Shown: piece by piece, positions 51,174-60,644 of the stretch
Layout: every line of letters starts with the position of its first letter
Numbering within the stretch: the first letter of the stretch is position 1
Assembly (NCBI GenBank): GCA_963835575.1
Contig: CAWIGG010000002.1
Coordinates: forward strand, 960,001-1,024,000
Direction of reading: 5' to 3'
Origin: an uncultured Spirochaetota bacterium
GTDB lineage: Bacteria; Spirochaetota; Brevinematia; Brevinematales; JAOACQ01
DNA: 64,000 nucleotides
Position numbers and translations under genes: made by a program
The notes under the pieces: model-generated
The model's database searches: none
Told to the model about the DNA's origin: nothing
Seen by the model: only the letters and a program-made list of their open reading frames with translations

Positions 51174-51500
51174 TTACTTGATAGCGGTCAGACTGTCCAC
51201 AATCTGGAAAAATTCATTCAGGCGGAATGTATAGAATAAATCTTTAATGTCCCTGTTAAGGCCGACAATGTAAAGACGACCGTTCAGGTCATTCAGCCTT
51301 TTATAGGCCAGAAGAAGCTTGCCGATGCCGCTCGAGCCGATAAAGATCATCTCGGAAAAATCAATAATGATTTCTTTTTTACCGTCGTCTATGATGGTGG
51401 TGAGTATATCCTTGAATTCCCTCGCGTCCGGATCGGTGACAAGATTTTCCTTGATTTTCAGAAGAGTTTTGCCTTTGTATTCGGAAAGTTCATATTTCAT
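51174..51500 (-). CDS. STAS-domain anti-sigma-factor antagonist
   Basis: IIDFS...FIGSSGIG.LL motif. Confidence 0.88.
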   Translation of the reverse strand: MKYELSEYKGKTLLKIKENLVTDPDAREFKDILTTIIDDGKKEIIIDFSEMIFIGSSGIGKLLLAYKRLNDLNGRLYIVGLNRDIKDLFYTFRLNEFFQIVDSLTAIK

Positions 51501-51583
51501 AATTTTCCCCCGGTATTTCCCATATATCATCCATATAATATTTTACGATATTTTTAAAAGAAATGCAAATCCATTTTATTTAA

Positions 51584-51704
51584 GAGCAGTGCTAAAAACC
51601 GACAAAATACATTTATTTTGAGAGCAACTATCAATATAAATTAAGGATTTCAGGCACTTCCAAAAACTTCTATTTAACAATTATGGTAGTTTTTGGAAGT
51701 GCCC
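51584..51704. mobile_element. 121-bp IS5-like MITE
   Basis: Ends GAGCAGTGCTAAAAACC / AGTTTTTGGAAGTGCCC with TTAA on both flanks; right end forms a perfect 16-bp hairpin (51653-51703). Confidence 0.6.
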
Positions 51705-53252
51705 TTAATGCCTGAAATGGCGGACGCCGGTAAAGACCATGGCGATCCGGTGTTCATCAGCCGCCTTGATGGAATCTTCGTCCTTTACAGAGCCGCCCGG
51801 CTGGATGATCGCGGTTATGCCGCTCTGGGCCGCGCTGTCGACGCTGTCGCGGAACGGGAAAAACGCGTCGGAGGACATCACGGAGCCTTTCGGGTCAAAA
51901 CCCGCTTCCTTCGCCTTGATGAGGGCCAATCGGGCGGAATCCACCCGCGACATCTGCCCGGCGCCGATGCCGATGGTCTGCTCGTTTTTAACATAAACAA
52001 TGGCGTTGGACTTGACGTATTTGCCTATTTTCCAGGCGAATTTCAGATCGCGCTCTTCCTCTTTAACCGGCTTTTTTTGCGTGACGATGTTCCATTTTTC
52101 CAGGGCCATTCCTGTATTGTCCCAATCCTGGACTAGCATCCCGTTCTCAATACGCCTGTAAGAAAGGCCGCGCTTCTTCCAATCCGAGCCGTTCAGCCTG
52201 ACGATCCGCAGGTTCTTTTTTGACTGGAGGATATTCAGAGCATCCTCTTCATAATCCGGCGCGATGATGATCTCATAAAAACGCTCCGCTATTTTTTTGG
52301 CCGTCACGGCGTCCATGAGTTTATTCACTCCGATAATGCCGCCGAAGGCCGATGCGCTGTCGCAGGCCAGGGCCCTGTCGTAGGATTGCTCAAGGGTCAT
52401 ACCCAGCGCAGCGCCGCATGGGTTCGTGTGCTTGATGATCACGGTAAAGGGGGAATCGTCCGCGAATTCCCTCAATATGTCCAGACAGCCGTCGGCGTCC
52501 ATAAAGTTATTGTAGGACATCTCCTTTCCCCAGACTATGGAGGCGTTTATCGTTGAAATATTATCGTCCACATAGCTCCTGTAAAGGCGGGCGTTCTGGT
52601 GCGGGTTTTCGCCGTAGCGCAGCGTCTGCTGCTGCTTTAATGGCAGGGCGAACTCCGCCGGAAACGGCCTCTTCGTGAGGCGGTTGAAGCAGGTGGAGAT
52701 AAGCCCGTCGTAATACGCCGTGTGGCTGAAGGCCTTCGCGGCGAGCTCCAGGCGCGTTTCGCGTGAAAGCTGTCCTTTTTCATCCAGCTCTTTCATCACT
52801 TTATCAAAATCATTATTATCAACAATAACCGCGACGTCCTGGTAATTTTTGGCGGCCGCGCGGATGAGCGCGACCCCGCCGATGTCGATTTGTTCGATGA
52901 TCTCCTCGAACTTCGCGTTTTTATTCTTGACCGTCTCTTCAAAAGGGTAGAGATTGACGACAATAAAGTCGATGGGGGGGATCTTGAGTTTTTCGATCTC
53001 TTCGAGATGGCTTTTCTTCGAGCGCATCGCGAGGATACCCGCGTGGATTACCGGATGGAGGGTCTTGACACGGCCTTCAAGTATTTCCGGAAAGCCCGTA
53101 GCGGAAGAGACTTCCGTTACGGCAATGCCCTTATCCTTTAAGTATTTATATGTCCCGCCGGTTGAGAGGACCTCGTAATCTTTTTTCTGGAGGTAGGAGG
53201 CCAGTTTTTCGATGCCTTCCTTATAATATGAACTGAAGAGCGCGCGTTTCAT
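51705..53252 (-). CDS. purH: AICAR transformylase / IMP cyclohydrolase
   Basis: [53 protein letters not shown]. Confidence 0.98.
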   Translation of the reverse strand: MKRALFSSYYKEGIEKLASYLQKKDYEVLSTGGTYKYLKDKGIAVTEVSSATGFPEILEGRVKTLHPVIHAGILAMRSKKSHLEEIEKLKIPPIDFIVVNLYPFEETVKNKNAKFEEIIEQIDIGGVALIRAAAKNYQDVAVIVDNNDFDKVMKELDEKGQLSRETRLELAAKAFSHTAYYDGLISTCFNRLTKRPFPAEFALPLKQQQTLRYGENPHQNARLYRSYVDDNISTINASIVWGKEMSYNNFMDADGCLDILREFADDSPFTVIIKHTNPCGAALGMTLEQSYDRALACDSASAFGGIIGVNKLMDAVTAKKIAERFYEIIIAPDYEEDALNILQSKKNLRIVRLNGSDWKKRGLSYRRIENGMLVQDWDNTGMALEKWNIVTQKKPVKEEERDLKFAWKIGKYVKSNAIVYVKNEQTIGIGAGQMSRVDSARLALIKAKEAGFDPKGSVMSSDAFFPFRDSVDSAAQSGITAIIQPGGSVKDEDSIKAADEHRIAMVFTGVRHFRH

Positions 53253-53467
53253 AATGGCTCCTTTAAAATATTATTTTCGCTAAACCGCGAAGGGTATTTT
53301 GAGTAAAATCCGATTTGTAATGGATATAATTATATCATAAGAAATTGGATTTGTTAAGGAAGTTCAAGGAGAGATTTATTATTTCAATATGAATATTAAA
53401 ATGGAATAAAACCTCTTCCAGAAGAAGGGGGAAAGGCGGCACGCTGCGCTGTGCCACACAAGGACAT

Positions 53468-53839
53468 GTCCGTCGGCGATAAATATTGGCAGAGAGTAAA
53501 CTTTTCTGGACGCTGATATATAATCATTTTCTTTTTTATCTATGATAAAAGCACGCTTTAGCTGCGAGGGCTTGTTTTGCATCCGCTCCAGGCCACACAC
53601 GCGGAACTCACACACTCATTGTAAGTATTTTATAAAAGAATCAATCAATAAATCTGTCTTGATTCCAGAATTGCCGACAATGGGTGTGTTCAAACATTCC
53701 GTGCGTTCAAGCTGGCCTGTCGCGGGCAAAACTACGCCCTCTACGCCAATGCTTTTAAATTTCAAATCCTAAATTATCTGAGTGACGCATCCAGAAAAGT
53801 TTACTCTCTGCCACCAGCAGGAAGCGAACGCCGGCGGAC
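53468..53839. other. ~370-nt rod-like fold-back of nested inverted repeats (candidate ncRNA or ssDNA element)
   Basis: 27-bp arm 53487-513 / 53787-813 (26/27) plus at least seven further collinear stems around a centre near 53651. Confidence 0.8.
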
Positions 53840-54059
53840 GGAAATGTAAAAAATAATAATAAATAAAAAGGAAATTAATAATAAAAATAACGGGCATCAT
53901 GTTTTACAGAACTATATGTCCGGTCTGCTCCGATAAAGAAGAGGACCCGGCGGGACGAAAACGAAGAAAAAAAATAAATAATAAATTAAAAAAAAATACA
54001 GAAAACGTGATATATATACGATAATTAATTATAATACTAAAAACAGGAAGGAGTAAATC

Positions 54060-54209
54060 ATGTTTAACAGTAAAGCTGTAAGTAAGAAACCGGCGGCGAA
54101 AGTTTCAAAAGCCGTAGCCGGCAAAAAAGTTTCCAAACCCAAAGCCAAGGTTGTTAAGAAACCGGCAGCGAAAAAACCGGCGGCTAAAAAAACCGCAAAA
54201 AAGAAATAA
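54060..54209 (+). CDS. 49-aa Lys/Ala-rich histone H1-like protein
   Basis: AAGGAG SD; MFNSKAVSKKPAAKVSKAVAGKKVSKPKAKVVKKPAAKKPAAKKTAKKK; own terminator; below the ORF-track size cut-off. Confidence 0.85.
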   Translation: MFNSKAVSKKPAAKVSKAVAGKKVSKPKAKVVKKPAAKKPAAKKTAKKK

Positions 54210-54242
54210 TTAATATTTAAGAAACGTAATTTTGTTCATCCG

Positions 54243-54278
54243 GCACCCTGGGTCTCAAGACTCAGGGTGTTTGCTTTT
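54243..54278 (+). terminator. intrinsic terminator of the histone-like gene
   Basis: GCACCCTGGGTC / GACTCAGGGTGT stem followed by TTGCTTTT. Confidence 0.75.
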
Positions 54279-54287
54279 GACGAGCAA

Positions 54288-54364
54288 TGTCGGGGGTTTA
54301 CGATATTTCTTTCTTTTCGAAAATAAAGAAATATCGTAAACCCCCGGCAGCCTGTAGGAAAAAA
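54288..54364. repeat. palindrome with 25-bp arms; right part repeated at 55635-55667
   Basis: TGTCGGGGGTTTACGATATTTCTTT / AAAGAAATATCGTAAACCCCCGGCA; 54332-64 matches 55635-67 at 31/33. Confidence 0.8.
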
Positions 54365-54516
54365 TCCCCATACATTCATTAAAAAAGAAGGGCAAAATGG
54401 TCCGTCAAAAACATGTTTAATTTCATGTTCCTGAAAATAACATGGCAGGGATCAGGGCGTTAATTTGTTAATCTATCGACAAATTGCTATAATATTAAGA
54501 CAGGAAGTAAGAATTT

Positions 54517-55014
54517 ATGAAAAAAACTAAAATCTATCTGGACACATCGGTTATCAACTTTCTTTTTGACGATGACGCTCCGGAAAAGAAGGATATTACT
54601 ATACATTTTTTTGATAAATATGTCCTTAATCACGTTTATGAAGTTTACATATCTCCGGTAGTAATAGATGCAATTTAGCGGACAAAAGATGATTCTGTCA
54701 GAAAGCTTTTAATGGACCAGATAAAAAAATATAATCTGACAATAATCGATATTGCGGTTGAAAGAAATAACATTGACGAATTGGCGGAATTATATATTGA
54801 AGAAAAAGTTATTCCCAGAAAGAAACTGGATGACGCGCTTCATATAGCTGTATCGACCGTGTTTGAAATGGATGTTCTTCTTTCCTGGAATTATAAACAT
54901 CTTGCGAATATCAATCGTGAGCGTAAGATTCTTGCGGTGAATTTTAATCAAGGGTATAATCAATTACTACGTATATGTACACCATTGGAGGTTATGGATG
55001 AAAAAGATGATTGA
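54517..55014 (+). pseudogene. PIN-domain (VapC-like) gene with an in-frame TAG at 54676
   Basis: IYLDTSVI at the N-terminus, DALHIA, SWNYKHLAN, ICTP.E; single amber stop in frame. Confidence 0.85.
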
Positions 55015-55165
55015 CTCTAAAGCTATGCTGGAAGTCTGGAAATGGAAGGAAGAAGCGGCAAATGAAGTCAAAGACCTGCCGCTTAAGAAAGCTCTTCTCA
55101 AGCGGCTGCATGATTCGGAATCGGTAAGTAATAAGCTTGGTTTGAAATCTGTCCGTATAAAGTGA
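54998..55165 (+). CDS. 55-aa putative partner/antitoxin of the PIN gene
   Basis: Overlaps the PIN stop; MKKMIDSKAMLEVWKWKEE...KLGLK; below the ORF-track cut-off. Confidence 0.65.
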   Translation: MKKMIDSKAMLEVWKWKEEAANEVKDLPLKKALLKRLHDSESVSNKLGLKSVRIK

Positions 55166-55785
55166 ATTGTGCTGATTCAGGATAATAATAAACTTTGATT
55201 AACATATTAAAATTATGATAATAGAAGAAACCGCGGATGGGTATTTGACAGCACAGACAAGAATTTCTGTGATACCGCTGGTACAGCCGGAAAAGCCTGT
55301 CGGTAATTCCTGTATTAAAAAGGAATATTTAATCATAAATGAATAGAATATTATCCATAAAAAAAGCAATGCAAAATATCCGTTCCCGAGGCCATTTTCC
55401 CCTGGCCATAATCTGCACATCAAATATCTCAATATAAAGTCGTGTCATCCGCTATTATAATAGAAGAGAGGATGTACATGTTTTTGACAGGATGTCAAAA
55501 CCGCCGCATAAAGCTATGGACAGCGTAATAAGGCGGCTATTATATTAATGAATTGATTGTTAAAAGCCGGATAACACACATACAAACAATCCGACTACTT
55601 CAAATGAAAATGGCCTCGACCTGTTTTCTTTCTTTATCGTAAACCCCCGACAGCCTGTCGGAAAAAAAAGCCGTTATCCAATTACTATGAAATAGAAGAA
55701 TAAAATTATACAAAGAGCCTCTTCTATATTATAATTATACATCTTGATTAAAAAAATTTGTTATTTTATTTTAGGAGCAGTATAA

Positions 55786-57021
55786 ATGGAAAAGAAAAAA
55801 ATAAAAATGGATAAAAATGTCATTTTGACCGGGTTCACATCCTTTTTTACCGATATTTCTTCGGAAATGGTCTATCCCTTACTGCAGGGCTTTGTGGCTG
55901 TTGTCTTGAAAACGCAGGCCGTATTCCTGGGCCCGGTTCTCGGTATTATAGAAGGGATAGCCGAATCAACCGCCAGCCTCCTGAAGGTGTTTTCAGGTTA
56001 TTTTTCCGATAAGATGCAGAAAAGGAAACTCCCGGCAATAGCCGGTTATACACTGTCTTCTTTTGCCAAGCTACTGTATTTTATTCCATCCTGGTTTTCC
56101 ATTCTCATGGCGCGTTTTTTTGACAGGGTCGGCAAGGGGATCAGGACGGCCCCCCGCGACGCTCTGATTTCGGAATCAACGCCCAAAGAGATCAGGGGCA
56201 GGGCTTTCGGATTACAGCGGGCCATGGATTTCGCGGGGGCTTTTATAGGAACGCTCCTCTGTTATATCATTATTAAATATATTTTCCCAAGTGTTGATAA
56301 GATGGACAATGTGAAGGATTTCTTTCCGATTTTCGCCGTTTCGATAGTTCCGGCGTTTATCGGGGTCATCTTTCTCTTTTTTGTTGCGGAAAAGAAAAAA
56401 CAGGGCCCGGATAAATCGCAAAATGAAAAGCCCAGGCCCAACCTGGATATCAGGAAATATGACAAAAATCTGCAGGTGCTGTTCCTGGTGCAGTTCATAT
56501 TTACTCTGGGTAATTCTTCAAATCAGTTCCTTCTGTTGAGAAGCGTCAACCTCGGTTTTGTCCTTTCCACCGTTCTGATCATGTATATTATCTTCAATCT
56601 GTCTTCCACGCTGCTGTCTTCTGTTTTCGGCACGCTATCCGATAAAATTGGAAGAAAAAATGTATTGGTCATGGGATATACGATTTATGCCATAGTCTAT
56701 ATCGCTTTCGGCTTTATCAGCAAGGAAACGGCTTTCCTTCTCTGGATATTCTGGCCGGTTTACGGTATTTATTACGCCATGTCCGAAGGAGTTGAAAAGG
56801 CCTTTGTCTCGGATATATCGCCCGGTGAGTCCAGGGCGACGGCGCTCGGTTTTTACAATACGATCCTGGGCATCGGGCTCCTGCCGGCCAGCGTCATCGC
56901 GGGATTTTTATATCAATGGCATCCGGCATATCCTTATATATTCGGCGGGATCATGGCTTTCATAGCCGTGTTTGTTTTGTTCTTTTTTGTAAAAGAAAAA
57001 CAACCTGCCGGTTCAAAATAA
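55786..57021 (+). CDS. MFS transporter
   Basis: About 12 TM helices; G..SDK..RK twice, DRVGKGIRTAPRDALI. Confidence 0.93.
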   Translation: MEKKKIKMDKNVILTGFTSFFTDISSEMVYPLLQGFVAVVLKTQAVFLGPVLGIIEGIAESTASLLKVFSGYFSDKMQKRKLPAIAGYTLSSFAKLLYFIPSWFSILMARFFDRVGKGIRTAPRDALISESTPKEIRGRAFGLQRAMDFAGAFIGTLLCYIIIKYIFPSVDKMDNVKDFFPIFAVSIVPAFIGVIFLFFVAEKKKQGPDKSQNEKPRPNLDIRKYDKNLQVLFLVQFIFTLGNSSNQFLLLRSVNLGFVLSTVLIMYIIFNLSSTLLSSVFGTLSDKIGRKNVLVMGYTIYAIVYIAFGFISKETAFLLWIFWPVYGIYYAMSEGVEKAFVSDISPGESRATALGFYNTILGIGLLPASVIAGFLYQWHPAYPYIFGGIMAFIAVFVLFFFVKEKQPAGSK

Positions 57022-57109
57022 GTGATAGATTGGCAAATTCAGTAATAATTATTCTCAAAAAATTTCGTGAAACCTTTGGTAAAATAGATATATGAAAAGT
57101 CAAAGTTTC

Positions 57110-57271
57110 ACCACGAAGAACTCGAAGAGCACGAAGAAAAGAAATGGTTTAGTAAAAATATTTTATTGATTTTATATTTTCTTTTACCGAAATAAAGAAC
57201 CTAAACATTAATAAAACAAGAAATTTTATCAATAATTAATAAAACTTCGTGTTCTTCGTGAACTTCGTGGT
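57110..57271. repeat. inverted pair of 9-bp-period CACGAAG triple repeats
   Basis: ACCACGAAGAACTCGAAGAGCACGAAG / CTTCGTGTTCTTCGTGAACTTCGTGGT around an AT-rich spacer. Confidence 0.8.
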
Positions 57272-57460
57272 TAATAAAATAGTATTCACACATAAAGTCG
57301 AGCCTATTCGCTGCTGGTTTCTATAAATCCTGATCTATTGAGGTCTGCTCAATAATGAATATTGAAATTATCATCTTTTATTTAACATAACCTTTATTTT
57401 TTTTCCTCTGTTCTTTAAAATAAGCAGCATCAAAAGAAAATTAAGGAGAACAATCTTACA

Positions 57461-59617
57461 ATGGCTGAATTAAGGTGGAACCCTCTTTTAAGAACATGGA
57501 CTATGGTCTCAGTCGACAGGTCGGCGCGCCCGCAGATGCCCAAGGACTGGTGCCCATTCTGTCCGGGTTCCGGCAGGGTCCCGGATGAATATGACGTATT
57601 GAAGTATGATAATGATTATCCTGTATTAAGCCCCAATCCGATAAAAATTGAGGATATGGATTCCCATGTCTATAAAAAGGAAGAAGCGGAAGGAAAATGC
57701 GAGGTGATCCTTTACTCGCCGGACCACAAGAAGAGTTTATATCAGCTGTCTGTGGAGCATATCAAGAAGCTTGTCGACCTCTGGGCCGAGCGCGTGGAGG
57801 AAATTTCCAAGGACAGGAAGGTCCAGTATGTATTTCCCTTTGAGAATAAAGGGGAGGAAGTCGGCGTGACGATGCCGCATCCCCATGGCCAGATTTACGG
57901 CTATCCTTTCATTCCGTTGAAGATCAAAACCGAACTGGACAGCGCGAAGGAGCATTTTGAAAAAAGGAACAGGTGCCTGATCTGCGATATGAATGAAGAG
58001 GAAAGTAAGGAGAAAAAAAGGGTCATTTTTGAAAATAACGATTTTATCGCTTATGTCCCGTTTTTTACCGACTATCCTTACGGCGTATTTATTGTTTCCA
58101 AGCTCCATAAGGGCTCCATTACCGACCTTGATGAAAAGGAAAAAATGTCGCTCGCACAGATCATAAAGGTGATAACGGGGAGTTTTGATATGATCTTCAA
58201 CCGGCCCTTTCCCTACATGATGGCAATTCATCAGACGCCGGTCAATTCCAAGGAATATAAGGACAGCGAGAAATATTATCATTTTCATATCGAGTTTTAT
58301 ACGCCGCTTTTCGCGAAAGACAAGATCAAATACAACGCCTCTTCCGAAACAGGGGCATGGGCCGCCGCCAATGTCGTCAGCGTGGAAGAAACGGCAAAAC
58401 AGATGAGGACCGCGAAATTAAAATACCTTTCAAAGGGCTACAACACGTTTTTACGCAAGGAATTGATCCGGGAGTTTGTGGCCTTATACGGCGGCAAAGA
58501 GAGCGACGTTTATGTCTTCTCGGCGCCCGCGCGCGTTAACCTGATCGGGGAGCATATCGATAATCACGGAGGTTTTGTCCTTCCGGTGGCGCTGGATATG
58601 TATATTACAATGGCGATAAGAAAGCGGAAGGACGGGCGGGTCATATTCCGCGACCTGAATTTTCCTGAGACCGCTGAAGCGAGTATCTTTGAGGACGTCG
58701 TTAAGAATAAGGAAGTGCCCTGGGTCAATTATCTTCTGGGTGTGCTTAAAATAATTAAAGAAAAAGGGTACAAGATTGATGCCGGGTTTGAAGTGCTCTT
58801 TTTCAGCGAAATACCGAGCGGCGCGGGCGTTTCATCTTCGGCAGCCTTTGAGGTTGTTTTTGCTTACGGTCTTTCGGAGATATTCACGCTGGGGATCAGC
58901 AAAAAGAACCTGGCCATACTCTGCCAGAAAGCGGAAAATGACTTTGTCGGCGTGAAGTGCGGCATCATGGACCAGTTCAGCATCGCGATGGGCGAGAAGG
59001 GAAACGCGATCCTTCTCAACTGCGCCAATCTGAACCATAAATACATCTCCCTTTTTCTCGGGGATTACCTGATGGTCCTGACCAATACGAACAAGCAGAG
59101 AAAGCTGACGGAATCCAGGTATAACGAAAGGCTTGCAGAATGCGCTGAAGGCTTGAAGGACATTCAGAAAGTATTGAATATCGATAATCTCTGCAGTATC
59201 GATTCCGAGCAATTTAAAAAGGTCAAGGACGCGATCTCCAACCCGACTGTCAGAAAAAGGGTCCGGCATGTCGTGACAGAAAACGAAAGGGTCAAGCAGG
59301 CCGCGCAGGCCCTTGAAAAAGGCGAGCTGAAGGCCTTCGGCAAGCTGATGGAAAAATCGCACTCATCGCTCCGGGACGATTATGAAGTAACGGGGTTAGA
59401 GCTGGACACTCTCTTTGAAAAGGCCAGGAAATTCAACGGCTGCATCGGCACAAGGATGACCGGCGCCGGTTTCGGCGGCTGTACGATCAGCCTGGTTCAT
59501 AAGGACAAGATCGAGGAATTCAAGGAGGCCGTCGGCAGGGGCTACAAGGAAGAAACAGGCCTGACTCCGACTTTTTACATCTGCGAATCGGGCGAAGGCG
59601 TGAAGAGGATCGATTGA
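57461..59617 (+). CDS. fused galactose-1-phosphate uridylyltransferase (GalT) and galactokinase (GalK)
   Basis: N-half: ELRWNPL, CPFCPG, FENKG, HPHGQ, HFHIE. C-half: RVNLIGEH.D, P.GAG.SSSAA, CGIMDQF, SLRDDYEV, RMTGAGFGG. One uninterrupted frame. Confidence 0.92.
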   Translation: MAELRWNPLLRTWTMVSVDRSARPQMPKDWCPFCPGSGRVPDEYDVLKYDNDYPVLSPNPIKIEDMDSHVYKKEEAEGKCEVILYSPDHKKSLYQLSVEHIKKLVDLWAERVEEISKDRKVQYVFPFENKGEEVGVTMPHPHGQIYGYPFIPLKIKTELDSAKEHFEKRNRCLICDMNEEESKEKKRVIFENNDFIAYVPFFTDYPYGVFIVSKLHKGSITDLDEKEKMSLAQIIKVITGSFDMIFNRPFPYMMAIHQTPVNSKEYKDSEKYYHFHIEFYTPLFAKDKIKYNASSETGAWAAANVVSVEETAKQMRTAKLKYLSKGYNTFLRKELIREFVALYGGKESDVYVFSAPARVNLIGEHIDNHGGFVLPVALDMYITMAIRKRKDGRVIFRDLNFPETAEASIFEDVVKNKEVPWVNYLLGVLKIIKEKGYKIDAGFEVLFFSEIPSGAGVSSSAAFEVVFAYGLSEIFTLGISKKNLAILCQKAENDFVGVKCGIMDQFSIAMGEKGNAILLNCANLNHKYISLFLGDYLMVLTNTNKQRKLTESRYNERLAECAEGLKDIQKVLNIDNLCSIDSEQFKKVKDAISNPTVRKRVRHVVTENERVKQAAQALEKGELKAFGKLMEKSHSSLRDDYEVTGLELDTLFEKARKFNGCIGTRMTGAGFGGCTISLVHKDKIEEFKEAVGRGYKEETGLTPTFYICESGEGVKRID

Positions 59618-59695
59618 CAGATAAAATATTTGCTGTAATATCTTGCCGTCATTGCAGTAAATGATGGGCGATGTGCAAAGACGGAATACAAAAAG

Positions 59696-59842
59696 CGTCA
59701 TTGCGAGTGGATGGTTTTCTCCTTTGCCGAAAGCTGGCGTACGAAGCAATCTGTCTGCATATTAAGATTATTTAATGTGTTAACAGATTGCTTCACACTA
59801 ATGCCAGTGGCAGGAGAGATAATCCGGATGTTCGCAATGACG
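59696..59842. repeat. GTCATTGCGA / GAAGCAATCT double-stem palindromic element, copy 1
   Basis: CGTCATTGCGA...GAAGCAATCTGT...ACAGATTGCTTC...TCGCAATGACG. Confidence 0.85.
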
Positions 59843-59917
59843 GATTCTAATTATAGATAATCTTTGAAAGTGTTTTTTTAAAATATAATATTCCTGCCTA
59901 TTTTATAGGAGGTCCTT

Positions 59918-60463
59918 ATGATAAAAAAAATATCTGTTTACGCTCTTATTTTAACGGCCGTATTTTTCTGTTTCTCCTATCCTAAAGTAAAAAAAGGAGG
60001 CGCTATGGATTTAAAAATGACAAGTCCCGCTTTTGTTGAAGGCGGGATGATCCCCGCCAAGTATACCTGCGCCGGCGAGAACATATCCCCGGCCCTGGAA
60101 TGGTCGAATGTCCCCGTGAATGTGAAAAGCTTCGCCCTTATCTGCGACGATCCCGACGCCCCGGCGGGCACCTGGGTGCACTGGGTCATCTATAATATTC
60201 CCGCCTCTGTACAGAAGCTCGAGGCCGGCGTGCCGGATGAAAGGGAATTGACCAATGGCGCGAAGCAGGGCATGAACAGCTCCAGGCACATCGGCTACGA
60301 CGGCCCCTGTCCTCCCGGTGGAACGCACCGTTATTATTTCAAGCTCTATGCCCTCGACGCCCTGCTGGGCCTCGATGCCGGCGTGACAAAGGAAATGCTG
60401 TTGAAGGAAATGGAAAAGCATATCGCGGCCAAAGGCCAGCTGATGGGGAAATACTCGAGATAG
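59918..60463 (+). CDS. YbhB/YbcL family (PEBP/RKIP-like) protein
   Basis: SPAF..G..IP..YTC.G.N.SP.L.W, DPDAP...W.HW, Y.GPCPP.G.HRY.F. Confidence 0.95.
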   Translation: MIKKISVYALILTAVFFCFSYPKVKKGGAMDLKMTSPAFVEGGMIPAKYTCAGENISPALEWSNVPVNVKSFALICDDPDAPAGTWVHWVIYNIPASVQKLEAGVPDERELTNGAKQGMNSSRHIGYDGPCPPGGTHRYYFKLYALDALLGLDAGVTKEMLLKEMEKHIAAKGQLMGKYSR

Positions 60464-60505
60464 GTAATATTGGTTTAAATAAATCGAAATCCAGGAACTT
60501 GGTAA

Positions 60506-60578
60506 TCCGCTAATGCATGCGAATTGAGTTTAAGGGTAAATCCAGATCTATTAGCGTGTATTCGCGTGGCTTCGCGGA
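60506..60578. repeat. inverted pair of short-period CGC(G/T)AA repeats, copy 2
   Basis: 60549-78 is the reverse complement of 46287-316 at 29/30; 60506-27 matches the other arm at 20/22. Confidence 0.85.
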
Positions 60579-60644
60579 AGACTTTTTAAGCAATCCGCTA
60601 ATAAATGCGGAGTATCTTCGTGCCTTCCTGTGAATTGAATCCTG

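Noticed and set aside
53253..53460. ZMP/ZTP riboswitch upstream of purH
   Set aside because: The conserved GACTGGCG...GCCTGGGC elements were not found on the minus strand.
53410..53965. tmRNA, RNase P, SRP or 6S identity for the structured region
   Set aside because: No tRNA-like ends or tag ORF, no GAGGAAAGTCC, no SRP domain IV motif, and too long for 6S.
54676..54678. Pyrrolysine or other recoding at the PIN amber codon
   Set aside because: TAG is an ordinary stop in other genes here (for example murG, clpC and the YbhB-family gene), and the gene carries a second apparent lesion.
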